The notes: generated by a model not told the origin, from the sequence alone. A stretch of 64,000 nucleotides of DNA from Candidatus Bathyarchaeota archaeon (GCA_963815095.1 CAWFFH010000003.1:1280001-1344000); one strand, 5' to 3'. Shown: positions 10,928-20,546, counted from the first letter of the stretch. Made by a program: numbers and translations.

Positions 10928-11944
10928 CTATTTTTTAATTTTGGTAGAAAACCATGTGATGGTTCTCTTTAATCCTTCTTCAAGTTCTACGTTTGGTTTC
11001 CAGCCAGCTATCTCTTCCAGTTTGCTTGTGTCTGGGCAGCGTCGTTTTGGGTCATCTTTGGGCAGTGGGAAGAATTCTATGTTTGATTTGCATTTTGTAA
11101 TTTCTTTAATCTTTTGCGCCAACTCTATTATGGTGACCTCTTTGGTGTTGCCGATGTTTACAACTTCGCCCTTTGCCTTTGGATTTGTCGTTAAAAGCAT
11201 CAACCCCGTCACGGTATCAGTTACGTAACAGAATGATCGTGTTTGCTTTCCATCTCCATAGACCGTTATAGGCTGATTAGTCAATGCCTGTAGAATGAAA
11301 CGTGATAGAGCTCTACCGTATAATCCGTCTTCTCTTAAGCGTGGACCATACGAATTGAAAATTCTTGGTACCCGCACATCCAATCCATGTTGCTTACTAT
11401 ACGCCATAAGGAGCGCCTCGGCAAAGCGCTTTCCTTCATCGTAGCATGATCGAGGACCAATGGGGTTTACTTTGCCCCAGTAAGTTTCAGGCGTGGGAAT
11501 TACTTCTGTGTCGCCGTAGGTTTCTGATGTTGAGGCAAAAAGTAGGGTGGCATCGTTTTTTCTGGCTAACTCTGCCATGTTAAATGTCCCCAAGGCGCTT
11601 GTTTGTAGAGTCTCGATTGGATGTTTTTGGTATTCGTCTGGTGATGCGTGGCCTGCTAAGTGTAGAATATAATCGAATTTTTCTTGGCTTTTGTAAGAGC
11701 AAACGTCCGACTGTATAAATTTAATCCTTGAAGTTTTGGTTAGATGTTCAATGTTTTTTATTCTTCCAGTGGACAAATCATCCAAGACTGTCACGTCAGC
11801 GCCAAAACCCACAAGTACATCGCAGAACCAACTGCCTATAAATCCAGCTCCGCCAGTAACGAGCGTTTTCTTTCCCTTGAAAACATCGCCTTTAGCGACT
11901 TTCATTATCCTTTCAATGTCTTCACTTATAATGGGGTCGATCAT
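10928..11944 (-). CDS. UDP-glucuronate decarboxylase (UDP-xylose synthase)-like SDR
   Basis: TGGAGFIG, ASTSETYG, YWGKVNPIGPRSCYDEGKR, DDPKRRCPD; ATG 11944 overlaps the galU stop. Confidence 0.9.
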   Translation of the reverse strand: MIDPIISEDIERIMKVAKGDVFKGKKTLVTGGAGFIGSWFCDVLVGFGADVTVLDDLSTGRIKNIEHLTKTSRIKFIQSDVCSYKSQEKFDYILHLAGHASPDEYQKHPIETLQTSALGTFNMAELARKNDATLLFASTSETYGDTEVIPTPETYWGKVNPIGPRSCYDEGKRFAEALLMAYSKQHGLDVRVPRIFNSYGPRLREDGLYGRALSRFILQALTNQPITVYGDGKQTRSFCYVTDTVTGLMLLTTNPKAKGEVVNIGNTKEVTIIELAQKIKEITKCKSNIEFFPLPKDDPKRRCPDTSKLEEIAGWKPNVELEEGLKRTITWFSTKIKK

Positions 11945-12813
11945 GTTGTTGATCTCTTGCAAAATTGTTTATATGATAATTCTAGGGCTTCCCAATATCT
12001 TTCTGGGCTTCCAATATCCAAGTGAGAATAGTTCTTATCTAATTTTACCGCGTAGACCTTCAAGTCCCAGTCAACCAGTTTTTGGATTGCATCGGTAAGC
12101 TGGATTTCTCCGTTTTTTCCAGGTTTAGTCGCTTCTAAGGCTTTGAAGATTATTGGGTGAAAAATATACATGGCCATGATTGCCAAGTTTGTTTTGGGCT
12201 TTTCAGGTTTCTCAACTACCGACTTTACCTTAATTATTCCTTTTTCTATTTCGTCTCCTTCAACAATTCCGTATTGTTTAGGATTTTCAATTTCAAGTAC
12301 CAGAAAAGCGGCATCTGCATTGAACCGGTCAAAAGCGTCGAGGAGTTTTTTTAGGTAATCCATATTGGTTGATATTATGCAGCTGTCTCCTGCGTGAACT
12401 AAGCAGCTTTCGTTCTGTACGAAGGGTTGAGCCATTAAGACGGCATTGCCAAATCCTTTTGGTTCAGGCTGGTTAACCCACATGATTGTCGAAGATTCTA
12501 GTTTTCCATAGAAATCTTCTAGGTCTGAGGCTTGTCCGTTTTTGCCCATTCCTTCAAGTGTTCTAATGCAGTGTGCGTCGGGTGTGAAGTGGTCTTCTAT
12601 TCCGCGTTTGCCTCTTCCAACGATGTAGCAGAATTCTCTGAGTCCTGCCTCGTGTAATTGCTCAAAAACTAATTGCACTACTGGTTTTACCATCATGTCG
12701 CCTTGGGATGTTTTTGAGAATATGGGGAGCATTTCTTTGGGTTGTTCTTTGGTGGCTGGGAATAGGCGTGTTCCTAAGCCTGCTGCGGGAATTATGACCT
12801 TACGTATCATCAA
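11941..12813 (-). CDS. galU: UTP--glucose-1-phosphate uridylyltransferase
   Basis: IPAAGLGTRLFPATKEQPKEMLPI, QPEPKGFGNAV, VEKP, GEIQLTDAI. Confidence 0.88.
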   Translation of the reverse strand: MMIRKVIIPAAGLGTRLFPATKEQPKEMLPIFSKTSQGDMMVKPVVQLVFEQLHEAGLREFCYIVGRGKRGIEDHFTPDAHCIRTLEGMGKNGQASDLEDFYGKLESSTIMWVNQPEPKGFGNAVLMAQPFVQNESCLVHAGDSCIISTNMDYLKKLLDAFDRFNADAAFLVLEIENPKQYGIVEGDEIEKGIIKVKSVVEKPEKPKTNLAIMAMYIFHPIIFKALEATKPGKNGEIQLTDAIQKLVDWDLKVYAVKLDKNYSHLDIGSPERYWEALELSYKQFCKRSTT

Positions 12814-12884
12814 ATATCCTCTGCATTTCTTTTCTTATGTTAACCCATATATATTTAGTATTATAATTTAATCCAAATTAGCAT

Positions 12885-14246
12885 TTGACTTGGGGTTTGA
12901 CTTTGAAGAAACAACCTAAAATTTCTGTCATAGGCGCTGGTTATGTAGGTTTATGTACGGCTGTGGGTTTTGCGAGCAAGGGTTACAGTGTTGTTGCTTG
13001 CGATGTAGATGAAGAAAAAATAGCGAAAATAAACAAGGGGGTTCCTCCTTTTCATGAGCCTGGTCTTCAAGAGAAACTTTCCCAGAGTCTTCAAAGTGGG
13101 AACCTTAGAGGAGTAGTTGGTCAAACAGACCAGGTTATTTTGGATACTGATTTAACATTCGTTGCGGTCGGGACCCCAAGTAAACCTGACGGCAGCATTG
13201 ACCTAAAATACATCGAATCTGCTGCAAGCAACATTGGAAAAGCACTCAAACAAAAAGAATCCTACCACGTTACAATAGTCAAAAGTACAGTTGTGCCGGG
13301 AACAACCCAAAACACCGTCAAACCTATCCTCGAAAAAGAATCCAAAAAAGCTGCAGGCAAAGATTTCGGGTTATGTATGAATCCTGAGTTTTTACGTCAA
13401 GGCTCAGCATTCCAAGACACCATAAACGCAGACCGCGTCGTCATCGGTTCATATGATGCACGTTCGGGTGATGTTGTGGAAGATTTGTACAAAGGCTTCT
13501 ATAGTGCACACGTTCCAAAGATTATTAGGACAAGTCTTTCTACGGCTGAATTAATCAAGTATGCAAGTAACTCGATGCTTGCCACAAAAATCAGCTTCAT
13601 AAACACGATAGCTAATATTTGTGAGAAAATTCCTGGCGCTGACGTAAAAGTTGTGGCTACCGCGATGGGTTTGGACAAACGTATTGGTCCCCTTTTCTTG
13701 GATGCGGGCTTAGGTTATGGGGGCTCATGTTTCCCAAAGGACATCAAAGCGCTTATTGCTTGTTCGAAGAGTTTGGGTTATGATCCTGAACTTTTAGATT
13801 CCGTTGAACAAGTGAATAAAACTCAACCGTTGAAAGCTGTCGAGTTCTGCAAAGAACAACTAGGTAGTCTTGAGGGCAAAAAAATCGCGGTTTTGGGGTT
13901 AGCGTTCAAGCCAGATACCGATGACATGAGAGAAGCACGGGTAATTCCCATCGTAAACCAGCTGCTAAAAGATGGCGCCACAGTTACCGCTTATGATCCA
14001 GTTGCTATGCCGATGGCAAAAACAATCTTTAGCGACAAAATCAGTTATGCCCCTTCAGCGCTTAACTGCATAAAAGACGCAGACGCCTGCATAATCGTTA
14101 CCGAATGGGAAGAGTTCAAAAAACTAACCCCCGAAGACTTCACAGAAAACATGAAACAACCAATCCTCATAGACGGCAGAAGAATCTACAACCCAGAAAC
14201 TTTCCAAAGCAAAATGAGATTTACTGCTTTGGGTCTTGGGATATAG
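12885..14246 (+). CDS. ugd: UDP-glucose/GDP-mannose 6-dehydrogenase
   Basis: GAGYVG, KSTVVPGT, NPEFLRQG, GYGGSCFPKD, GLAFKPDTDDMRE. Confidence 0.93.
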   Translation: MTWGLTLKKQPKISVIGAGYVGLCTAVGFASKGYSVVACDVDEEKIAKINKGVPPFHEPGLQEKLSQSLQSGNLRGVVGQTDQVILDTDLTFVAVGTPSKPDGSIDLKYIESAASNIGKALKQKESYHVTIVKSTVVPGTTQNTVKPILEKESKKAAGKDFGLCMNPEFLRQGSAFQDTINADRVVIGSYDARSGDVVEDLYKGFYSAHVPKIIRTSLSTAELIKYASNSMLATKISFINTIANICEKIPGADVKVVATAMGLDKRIGPLFLDAGLGYGGSCFPKDIKALIACSKSLGYDPELLDSVEQVNKTQPLKAVEFCKEQLGSLEGKKIAVLGLAFKPDTDDMREARVIPIVNQLLKDGATVTAYDPVAMPMAKTIFSDKISYAPSALNCIKDADACIIVTEWEEFKKLTPEDFTENMKQPILIDGRRIYNPETFQSKMRFTALGLGI

Positions 14247-14288
14247 GTTTTTTTCTTCTCTTCTTCCTTTGTAATGCTTCTTCAAAAG

Positions 14289-14347
14289 GACCCTCATTTT
14301 AAGCAAATTAAGAAAATAGAAACCGAATGGGTTTAAAAGACTCAGCC
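14289..14347 (+). pseudogene. Orphan 3' tail of a vapC gene (DPHFKQIKKIETEWV-stop plus 11 nt downstream)
   Basis: 55/59 nt identical by hand alignment to 47051-47109, the end of the vapC at 46711-47098. Confidence 0.85.
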
Positions 14348-14433
14348 AAGGCAGCTTACAAATATCCCATTTCCCTAATCAATCCCGCTTCAACGTTGGC
14401 CCTTTGCATTTTGTTGGTTCCTTGCTGTAAACA

Positions 14434-14450
14434 TTTATACGTATCGTATA
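14434..14450 (+). promoter_or_regulatory. TATA box overlapped by inverted repeat TATACG-TAT-CGTATA; candidate TA autoregulatory operator
   Basis: TTTATA at 14434-14439 about 40 nt before the UPF0175 start; perfect 6-bp inverted repeat at 14436-14450. Confidence 0.5.
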
Positions 14451-14476
14451 CATACTATTGTAAACGGTGAAAAGCA

Positions 14477-14785
14477 GTGACAGAAATAGTCTCAACACGA
14501 GTTCCTGAAGACATGGCTAAAGACTTAGAAGAGATCGAAAAAGAAGAAAAGGCAGACCGTGCCACTGTGGTCAGAAAACTATTAGCGAAGGCAATTGCCG
14601 ACAGGAAACTCGAAAGGGCATTAGCGCTCTACAGTAGCGGAAAAGTAACCCTTTGGAAAGCTTCAAAGATTGCTGGTTTATCCCTTTGGGAAATGATGGA
14701 GATAGTTAAGCAAAGAAAAATTTCTTTCCAATCCTCATATGAGGACTTCCGCGAAGACTTCGAAAAAGCTTTGAAGGAACAATAA
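14477..14785 (+). CDS. UPF0175-family antitoxin (RHH N-terminus plus HTH)
   Basis: IVSTRVPEDM...RATVVRKLL; ALALYSSGKVTLWKASKIAGLSLWEM. Confidence 0.85.
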   Translation: MTEIVSTRVPEDMAKDLEEIEKEEKADRATVVRKLLAKAIADRKLERALALYSSGKVTLWKASKIAGLSLWEMMEIVKQRKISFQSSYEDFREDFEKALKEQ

Positions 14786-15318
14786 TGTCTAAACCGATGG
14801 TCTTCGACTCAACTCCTCTAATTTACTTGACTAGGGCTTCTTTAGCTGAGTTCCTTAAGGAAATTTCTCAACCAAAATTTACGACGGCATCCGTGTTTGA
14901 AGAAATAGTCCGCGAAGGTAAAAGGAAAAAAGCTCCTGAAGCGTCGCTTTTAGAAACATTATTCGAAAAAGAAATAATCAGGGTTCATAATATTAGCGAC
15001 AAAGAGTACCTCAAATATGTGAAGGAAATGGCTGCATTAAGTGAAATGCAACCATTACATGAGGCAGAAGCTGAGGTTCTCTGCTTAACAAAGGAACAAA
15101 ATGGAGTGGCTGTAGCTGATGATAAAGTGGCCAGGTCAGTTGCAAGGATTCTGGGAATAGAACTTCACGGAACCGGATACATCTTGGGTAAAATCTTTGC
15201 AACTGGAAAAATCGATAAAGAAGCGCTAGTTGAGAAAGTTAAGGAAATGCGCGACAGCGGTTGGTATGTTTCGGCTGAAGATTACTTAAAAATAATCGAC
15301 TATCTCAAAAACCTTTAA
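14785..15318 (+). CDS. DUF3368-type PIN-domain toxin
   Basis: VFDSTPLIYL, VFEEI, LHEAEAEVL, ADDKVAR, HGTGYIL; translationally coupled to UPF0175. Confidence 0.85.
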   Translation: MSKPMVFDSTPLIYLTRASLAEFLKEISQPKFTTASVFEEIVREGKRKKAPEASLLETLFEKEIIRVHNISDKEYLKYVKEMAALSEMQPLHEAEAEVLCLTKEQNGVAVADDKVARSVARILGIELHGTGYILGKIFATGKIDKEALVEKVKEMRDSGWYVSAEDYLKIIDYLKNL

Positions 15319-15351
15319 GGTTCGAAATTAAACCGTGAAAATAGATTGCGT

Positions 15352-15446
15352 CTCATGAAAACCACGTTCCCGTTCTTTGAGTCCGTCTTTAAAGCCAAGT
15401 ATAGTTTCCAGCCAAACAAGCCTTTCTAACCTGCTTGTATTTGGAG
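15352..15446 (-). pseudogene. Orphan degraded 3' tail of a UDP-GlcA decarboxylase-like gene
   Basis: Minus strand reads PNTSRLERLV/GWKLYLGFKDGLK/TGTWFS-stop (two frame slips), matching PDTSKLEEIAGWKPNVELEEGLKRTITWFS at the end of 10928..11944. Confidence 0.65.
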
Positions 15447-15541
15447 TCATTTTGTTCCCAACCCAAAAAAGACCAAAACATATCAATCAAATATTTCAGA
15501 CTCTTTGACATGATAATGGAAATTGCAGGTATGCTTATCTA

Positions 15542-15553
15542 CTTGTATACAAG
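15542..15553. promoter_or_regulatory. Perfect 12-bp palindrome CTTGTATACAAG upstream of vapBC; candidate operator
   Basis: Palindrome ends 21 nt before the antitoxin ATG at 15574. Confidence 0.5.
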
Positions 15554-15573
15554 AAACTATTTGAGGATATTTT

Positions 15574-15783
15574 ATGAATAAGTCAACTACCATTCGGGTT
15601 TCAAAGAAAACAGCCGAAACGCTTGAACACTTGCGTGAAAAACTAAACGCGAAAAATCTTGACGAGACAATACAATTACTGGTTAAAAAACAGCGCAAAT
15701 TAGTCCTAGACAAAGCCTTTGGTGTAGCCAAGAACAAAATAAAACCCTTTACTGAGGAAGACCGCGGTGAAGATCGTAATTGA
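15574..15783 (+). CDS. vapB: VapB-type antitoxin (RHH-like)
   Basis: STTIRVSKKTAETLEHL...DETIQLL, acidic tail FTEEDR; overlaps the PIN gene. Confidence 0.75.
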   Translation: MNKSTTIRVSKKTAETLEHLREKLNAKNLDETIQLLVKKQRKLVLDKAFGVAKNKIKPFTEEDRGEDRN

Positions 15784-16174
15784 CACCTATGCTTGGGTTG
15801 AATTGTTAATTGGTAGCGAAAAAGGCAAAAAAGTGAAAGAACTAATCGAAAACGCTGACGAAGTGTATACTCCAAGCACAGTTTTGGCTGAAACTGCACG
15901 AAAATTTCTCAGAGAAGGAGCCGACGAAAAAACCATCACTTCGTGGCTTGAAATAATTACTTCCACCTCGGTAATAACCCAAATTGGTTCAGCAATAGCC
16001 TTAGAAGCAGCAAAATGCCACCTTGAACTTACCCAAAAAGCAAAAATTTCAAAACTAAACACTCCTAGCTTATTTGATTCTATTGTTTATGCCACTGCGA
16101 GAATGTATGTGTGCAAAATTCTTACTGGAGATGAGCACTTTAAGAATCTACCCGAAACCGTTTGGATAAGCTGA
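15767..16174 (+). CDS. vapC: VapC PIN-domain toxin
   Basis: IVIDTYAWVE, TVLAE, SLFDSIVYATA, LTGDEHF. Confidence 0.9.
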   Translation: MKIVIDTYAWVELLIGSEKGKKVKELIENADEVYTPSTVLAETARKFLREGADEKTITSWLEIITSTSVITQIGSAIALEAAKCHLELTQKAKISKLNTPSLFDSIVYATARMYVCKILTGDEHFKNLPETVWIS

Positions 16175-16294
16175 CATAGGAGTTTTTTCAAGCCTTCCAA
16201 GAATGTGCTTAGTTGTCCCAAACAACTTCGAAATTACGCCTAAGCTTATTAATCCCAAGCACAAAAAACACTACCCATCAGGAGTACCATTAAA

Positions 16295-17374
16295 TTGAAA
16301 ATTGCCGTTATTCTGGGAACCCGACCAGAAATCGTAAAGTGCTCACCTATCATTCGTGAATGTGAACGTTTGGGTTTGGATTTTTTTATTTTGCATACGG
16401 GTCAGCATTATTCTTATCTTATGGATAAGGTGTTTTTTGAACAGTTAGAGTTGCCGCCTGCCAAGTTTAATCTTGATGTGGGTTCGGGGGATCATGGGAA
16501 ACAGACTGGTTTGATGCTTGCTGGTATTGAGAAAATTCTGCAGTCTGAGCGTCCGGATGTTGTTTTGGTTCAGGGCGACACGAACACTGTGTTGGCTGGT
16601 GCTATTGCCGCGGTGAAGCTCGGAATCAAAGTTGGACACATAGAAGCTGGGTTGAGAAGCTATGATAGGCGAATGCCTGAAGAGATTAACAGGGTTTTAG
16701 CGGATCATTGTTCCGATTACTTGTTTGCACCTACTCCGAATTCAGAGAAGATTTTGCTGCATGAAGGCATCGAAGCAACTAAAATTTTCATGGTGGGAAA
16801 CACCGTTGTCGATGCCGTTAACCAGAATTTGGAAATCGCTAAATCAAAATCTAAAGCTTTGGAAAGTCTAGGTGTTGAGTCTGGTAAGTTTATTTTGGCA
16901 ACGGCGCATCGGGCAGAAAACGTTGATGACAAAGTCAGGTTCTCTGGGTTAATTGCGGGTTTGCAGAAGGTGCAGAAAGAGTTTGGGGTGCCTTTGATTT
17001 ATCCAATTCATCCTCGCGCGAAGAAGCAGCTGGAGACTTTTGGCTTAGATACCTCTGGGATTAGGTTGGTTGAGCCACTGGATTATTTGGGTTTTCTGCA
17101 GTTGGAAGGCATGGCTAAGTTGGTTTTGACTGATTCGGGAGGTGTGCAAGAGGAGGCTTGCATTTTAGGGGTCCCGTGCGTGACGCTTCGGGATAATACG
17201 GAGCGTCCAGAGACTTTGGATGTGGGTGGAAATATTTTAGCTGGTACGGATCCGAACCGTATTTTGGCTGCTGCAAGGGATGTCATGGGTAGAAGGAAGG
17301 GTTGGAAAAATCCGTTTGGTGATGGCAAAACAGCCCAAAAAATAATTGGTGTCCTGAAAAAGGGCCTTGTTTAA
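16295..17374 (+). CDS. wecB: UDP-N-acetylglucosamine 2-epimerase (non-hydrolysing)
   Basis: GTRPE, HTGQHY, VQGDTNT, HIEAGLRS, TDSGGVQEEA, TERPE, NPFGDG. Confidence 0.96.
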   Translation: MKIAVILGTRPEIVKCSPIIRECERLGLDFFILHTGQHYSYLMDKVFFEQLELPPAKFNLDVGSGDHGKQTGLMLAGIEKILQSERPDVVLVQGDTNTVLAGAIAAVKLGIKVGHIEAGLRSYDRRMPEEINRVLADHCSDYLFAPTPNSEKILLHEGIEATKIFMVGNTVVDAVNQNLEIAKSKSKALESLGVESGKFILATAHRAENVDDKVRFSGLIAGLQKVQKEFGVPLIYPIHPRAKKQLETFGLDTSGIRLVEPLDYLGFLQLEGMAKLVLTDSGGVQEEACILGVPCVTLRDNTERPETLDVGGNILAGTDPNRILAAARDVMGRRKGWKNPFGDGKTAQKIIGVLKKGLV

Positions 17375-17489
17375 GTTCAGAGACTTCTTTTCAAGGTCAT
17401 AAACGCTAACTGATCTTTTTAAATTGACCAAAAGTGATAAACGGCACTTCACAAACAACACTTAGAATACACAAAACAGGTAGAGGGAT

Positions 17490-19070
17490 TTGTCTAAAGC
17501 TTCAGAGATGGCGAGGGTTTCAGCTAAAGGCGGCTTTCACCTACTCTGGGGTCTAGTTTTATCTACAGTTATCTCAGCTATTGGAACAATATTTATTGCG
17601 AGAATTTTAGGCTCAGACAACATGGGCTTATACGCTATTGCCATTGCTGCACCCAACCTTATTTCCACATTCAGAGATTGGGGAATAACAACAGCTATGA
17701 TAAAATATTCGGCTGAATACAACAGCGCAAATGATGTTTCAAAAATAAGAAGTGTCTTTGTTTCGGCACTCTCCTTCGAAATCATGATTGGCTTAGTTCT
17801 ATCAGTTCTATCTGTCGCGCTCTCACCTTTTCTGGCAGGACTATACGGTCGACCAGCTATAGCTCAATTAATTCAGATTGCTTCCCTTTTCATTTTAACT
17901 GGTGCTTTGGTTAATGCTGCGACTGCTGCCTTCACAGGCATGGAGAAGATGCATCTAAACAGCATCATGTTAATTGTTCAATCAGTAGTTAAGACTGCAC
18001 TGACACTTGGGCTTGTGATTTTTGGGTTTGGTACTCTTGGCGCTATTGATGGCTTTTCCTTAGGGGTTTTAGTGGCGGGAGTTACTGGAGTGTTGCTCGT
18101 GTTTACGATGTATCGATCGTTGCCCAAGCCAACTAATGGTAAATTGGAGTTTATGAAAACCATAAAGATGATGTTAAAATATGGGTTGCCGCTTTCGATT
18201 GGCTCTATTTTGGCTGGATTTTTGACTCAATTTTACAGCTTTATCATGGCAATTTTTGTAACAGACAATTCACTGATTGGTAATTATACGGTTGCTGTAA
18301 ATTTCGTGGTTTTAATCACTTTCTTTGCAACTCCTGTAACAACTATGCTGTTTCCCGCTTTCTCGAAACTAGATGCAAAGAATGATCATGAAACGCTCAA
18401 GAACATTTTCCAGTATTCAGTAAAATATGCGTCACTTATAGTTGTGCCAGTCACGGTGTTGGTTATGGCTCTTGCTCAACCTGCCATAGGCACTATTTTT
18501 CAAGGAAAATATGTTCAGGCTCCTCTCTACCTTGCACTGTTAGCGGTGATTTACATTTTTACTGCTCTTGGCAGCCTGAGCTCGGGTAACATCATAAACG
18601 GTCAAGGATACACAAAATATAACCTAAAATTAACCCTGGTTACTGTTACAATTGGATTTCCGTTGAGTTTTGTATTGACTTCTCTATTCGGCATTATTGG
18701 TTTGATTGTTGCAACAACAATTGTTGGACTTCCAAGCCTATTTTTAAGTTTACGCTTTATTAAGAAAAACTTTGGTGTATCTGTGGATTGGGTTTCTTCT
18801 GGGAAGATTATGTTTTCTTCGGGTGCCGCTGGAGCGATAACCTATGTTGCTATTTCATTGTTACCTTTTAGTAATCTTGTACAACTTGTTGTGGGCGTGA
18901 TTATTTTTGTGGTTGTTTTTATAGTTCTGGCTGTGGTTTCTCGAACCATAAATAAGGCTGACTTAGTCAACATTCGGGCTATCAGTAATTCTCTTGGACC
19001 TCTAAGAAAACCACTGCATTTAGTGATTAATGTAGTTGAGAAGTTGATGAGTATCTCAGGCAACAAATAA
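17490..19070 (+). CDS. Oligosaccharide flippase (Wzx/MOP family)
   Basis: ARILG...GLY, ~14 hydrophobic segments, LLFPAFSKL-type motif. Confidence 0.88.
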   Translation: MSKASEMARVSAKGGFHLLWGLVLSTVISAIGTIFIARILGSDNMGLYAIAIAAPNLISTFRDWGITTAMIKYSAEYNSANDVSKIRSVFVSALSFEIMIGLVLSVLSVALSPFLAGLYGRPAIAQLIQIASLFILTGALVNAATAAFTGMEKMHLNSIMLIVQSVVKTALTLGLVIFGFGTLGAIDGFSLGVLVAGVTGVLLVFTMYRSLPKPTNGKLEFMKTIKMMLKYGLPLSIGSILAGFLTQFYSFIMAIFVTDNSLIGNYTVAVNFVVLITFFATPVTTMLFPAFSKLDAKNDHETLKNIFQYSVKYASLIVVPVTVLVMALAQPAIGTIFQGKYVQAPLYLALLAVIYIFTALGSLSSGNIINGQGYTKYNLKLTLVTVTIGFPLSFVLTSLFGIIGLIVATTIVGLPSLFLSLRFIKKNFGVSVDWVSSGKIMFSSGAAGAITYVAISLLPFSNLVQLVVGVIIFVVVFIVLAVVSRTINKADLVNIRAISNSLGPLRKPLHLVINVVEKLMSISGNK

Positions 19071-19120
19071 TAAACAAAAAAGTATTTTAACTGAAAAAAA
19101 CTCAAAATGAAAAATTGGAT

Positions 19121-19327
19121 TTATTGTTGGACTTCAATTAAATATTTGTTTGGTTGGCCCAAGTTTTCTACGGAGCTACTGAGTTTTCTGTATTTGCCGC
19201 AGTAGGTTCCTCCTGTATGTGTGCAGGTGTAACTTGCATTTGAGTATAGCCTGCATGAAAGAGTGAATTTGCATTTAGCTTTCCGATAAATCAACGACGA
19301 CAATAACATTTCTTTGGTGTTTTTCAT
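19121..19327 (-). CDS. Small Cys-rich hypothetical protein
   Basis: 68 aa ATG-started ORF, C-x5-C-x9-C-x7-C pattern, occupies its own intergenic slot. Confidence 0.55.
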   Translation of the reverse strand: MKNTKEMLLSSLIYRKAKCKFTLSCRLYSNASYTCTHTGGTYCGKYRKLSSSVENLGQPNKYLIEVQQ

Positions 19328-19487
19328 AATTTCTTTCCCTCTTTACTTTGGGCAGATTAGGGCTTGGTATTATACTGGTTTTTTTGTTAATAGAAGTATG
19401 TGGTTGTATCTGTGCAACCACAATTGGCGAGTGTAATTATTTAATAGGGAAAGCAAGTGATATTATTGCTATTCATGAGGGATTGAA

Positions 19488-20546
19488 ATGAAAGCACTAG
19501 TTCTCAGCGGCGGTAAAGGAACCCGGCTAAGGCCTCTAACATTCACCTGCGCCAAACAACTGATTCCTGTAGCAAACAAACCCATCTTGGGCTATGTTCT
19601 TGACCAAGTAGCGTCAACAAGCGTTAAGAAAGTAGGCATTATCACTGCGCATGAGACTGGGCAGTTTGTTGAGGATTATGTTAAAGACGGTTCAGACTGG
19701 AACCTTGAAGCTTGTTATATCCCTCAAGAACCACTTGGGTTGGCTCATGCAGTTAAGACAGCTAAGCGTTTTTTGGGGCAGGATTCTTTTGTTATGTGTT
19801 TGGGCGATAACGTAACAGGTCAAGGCTTAGAAGCATTTGTTAAAAAATTCAAAAATGAGCATCTTGACGCACTAATAATTCTTAAAGAAGTTGATAATCC
19901 CTCAGCTTTTGGAATAGCCCAATTGGATGACAAGGGCAATATAACCAAACTCGTGGAGAAACCTAAAACTCCCATGGGCAACCTAGCCATTATTGGAACT
20001 TACTTGTTCTCGAACAAAGTCCATCAAGCCATCGAGCGAATCAAACCTTCATGGCGGGGCGAACTCGAAATTACAGATGCCATCCAAGAAATGATTAACA
20101 TGGGCTTTACGGTTAAAGCTGAGATCCTGAAATCTTGGTGGTTAGATACTGGCAAAAAAGACGATATCTTATCCGCTAACGCAAAAATACTCGATGAATT
20201 CATTGAGCTCGACGTTAAGGGCACGGTAACTAACAGTACATTGGATGGTCGGGTTAAAGTGGAGCCGGAAGCAAAAATCATAAACAGCACCATAAGAGGA
20301 CCCTGCATCATTGGAAAGAACACTCTTATTGAAAACTCGTTTATTGGACCATACTCAAGCATTGGCGACAACTCTAAAATTCTCTGTTCAAACGTTGAGT
20401 ACTGCGTTATACAGGATAGCGTAACTGTGAAAGACATTGAACGCTTAGAAGACAGCTTAATTGGAAAAAACGCTAAAGTGACCCGTAACCAGAGGAACCG
20501 AACCATAAAGTTGCATGTGGGCGATTACTCGGAAGTGGAAGTTTAA
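19488..20546 (+). CDS. rmlA: Glucose-1-phosphate thymidylyltransferase (long form)
   Basis: LSGGKGTRLRPLT, AKQLIPVANKP, LGDN, RGELEITDAI, WWLDTGK, hexapeptide-repeat tail. Confidence 0.93.
   Translation: MKALVLSGGKGTRLRPLTFTCAKQLIPVANKPILGYVLDQVASTSVKKVGIITAHETGQFVEDYVKDGSDWNLEACYIPQEPLGLAHAVKTAKRFLGQDSFVMCLGDNVTGQGLEAFVKKFKNEHLDALIILKEVDNPSAFGIAQLDDKGNITKLVEKPKTPMGNLAIIGTYLFSNKVHQAIERIKPSWRGELEITDAIQEMINMGFTVKAEILKSWWLDTGKKDDILSANAKILDEFIELDVKGTVTNSTLDGRVKVEPEAKIINSTIRGPCIIGKNTLIENSFIGPYSSIGDNSKILCSNVEYCVIQDSVTVKDIERLEDSLIGKNAKVTRNQRNRTIKLHVGDYSEVEV

Noticed and set aside
15483-16062. Antisense and alternative-frame ORFs overlapping well-supported genes, here and throughout (e.g. 20024..20506, 55447..56025, 56085..56582)
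   Set aside because: Shadow ORFs with no recognisable motifs.
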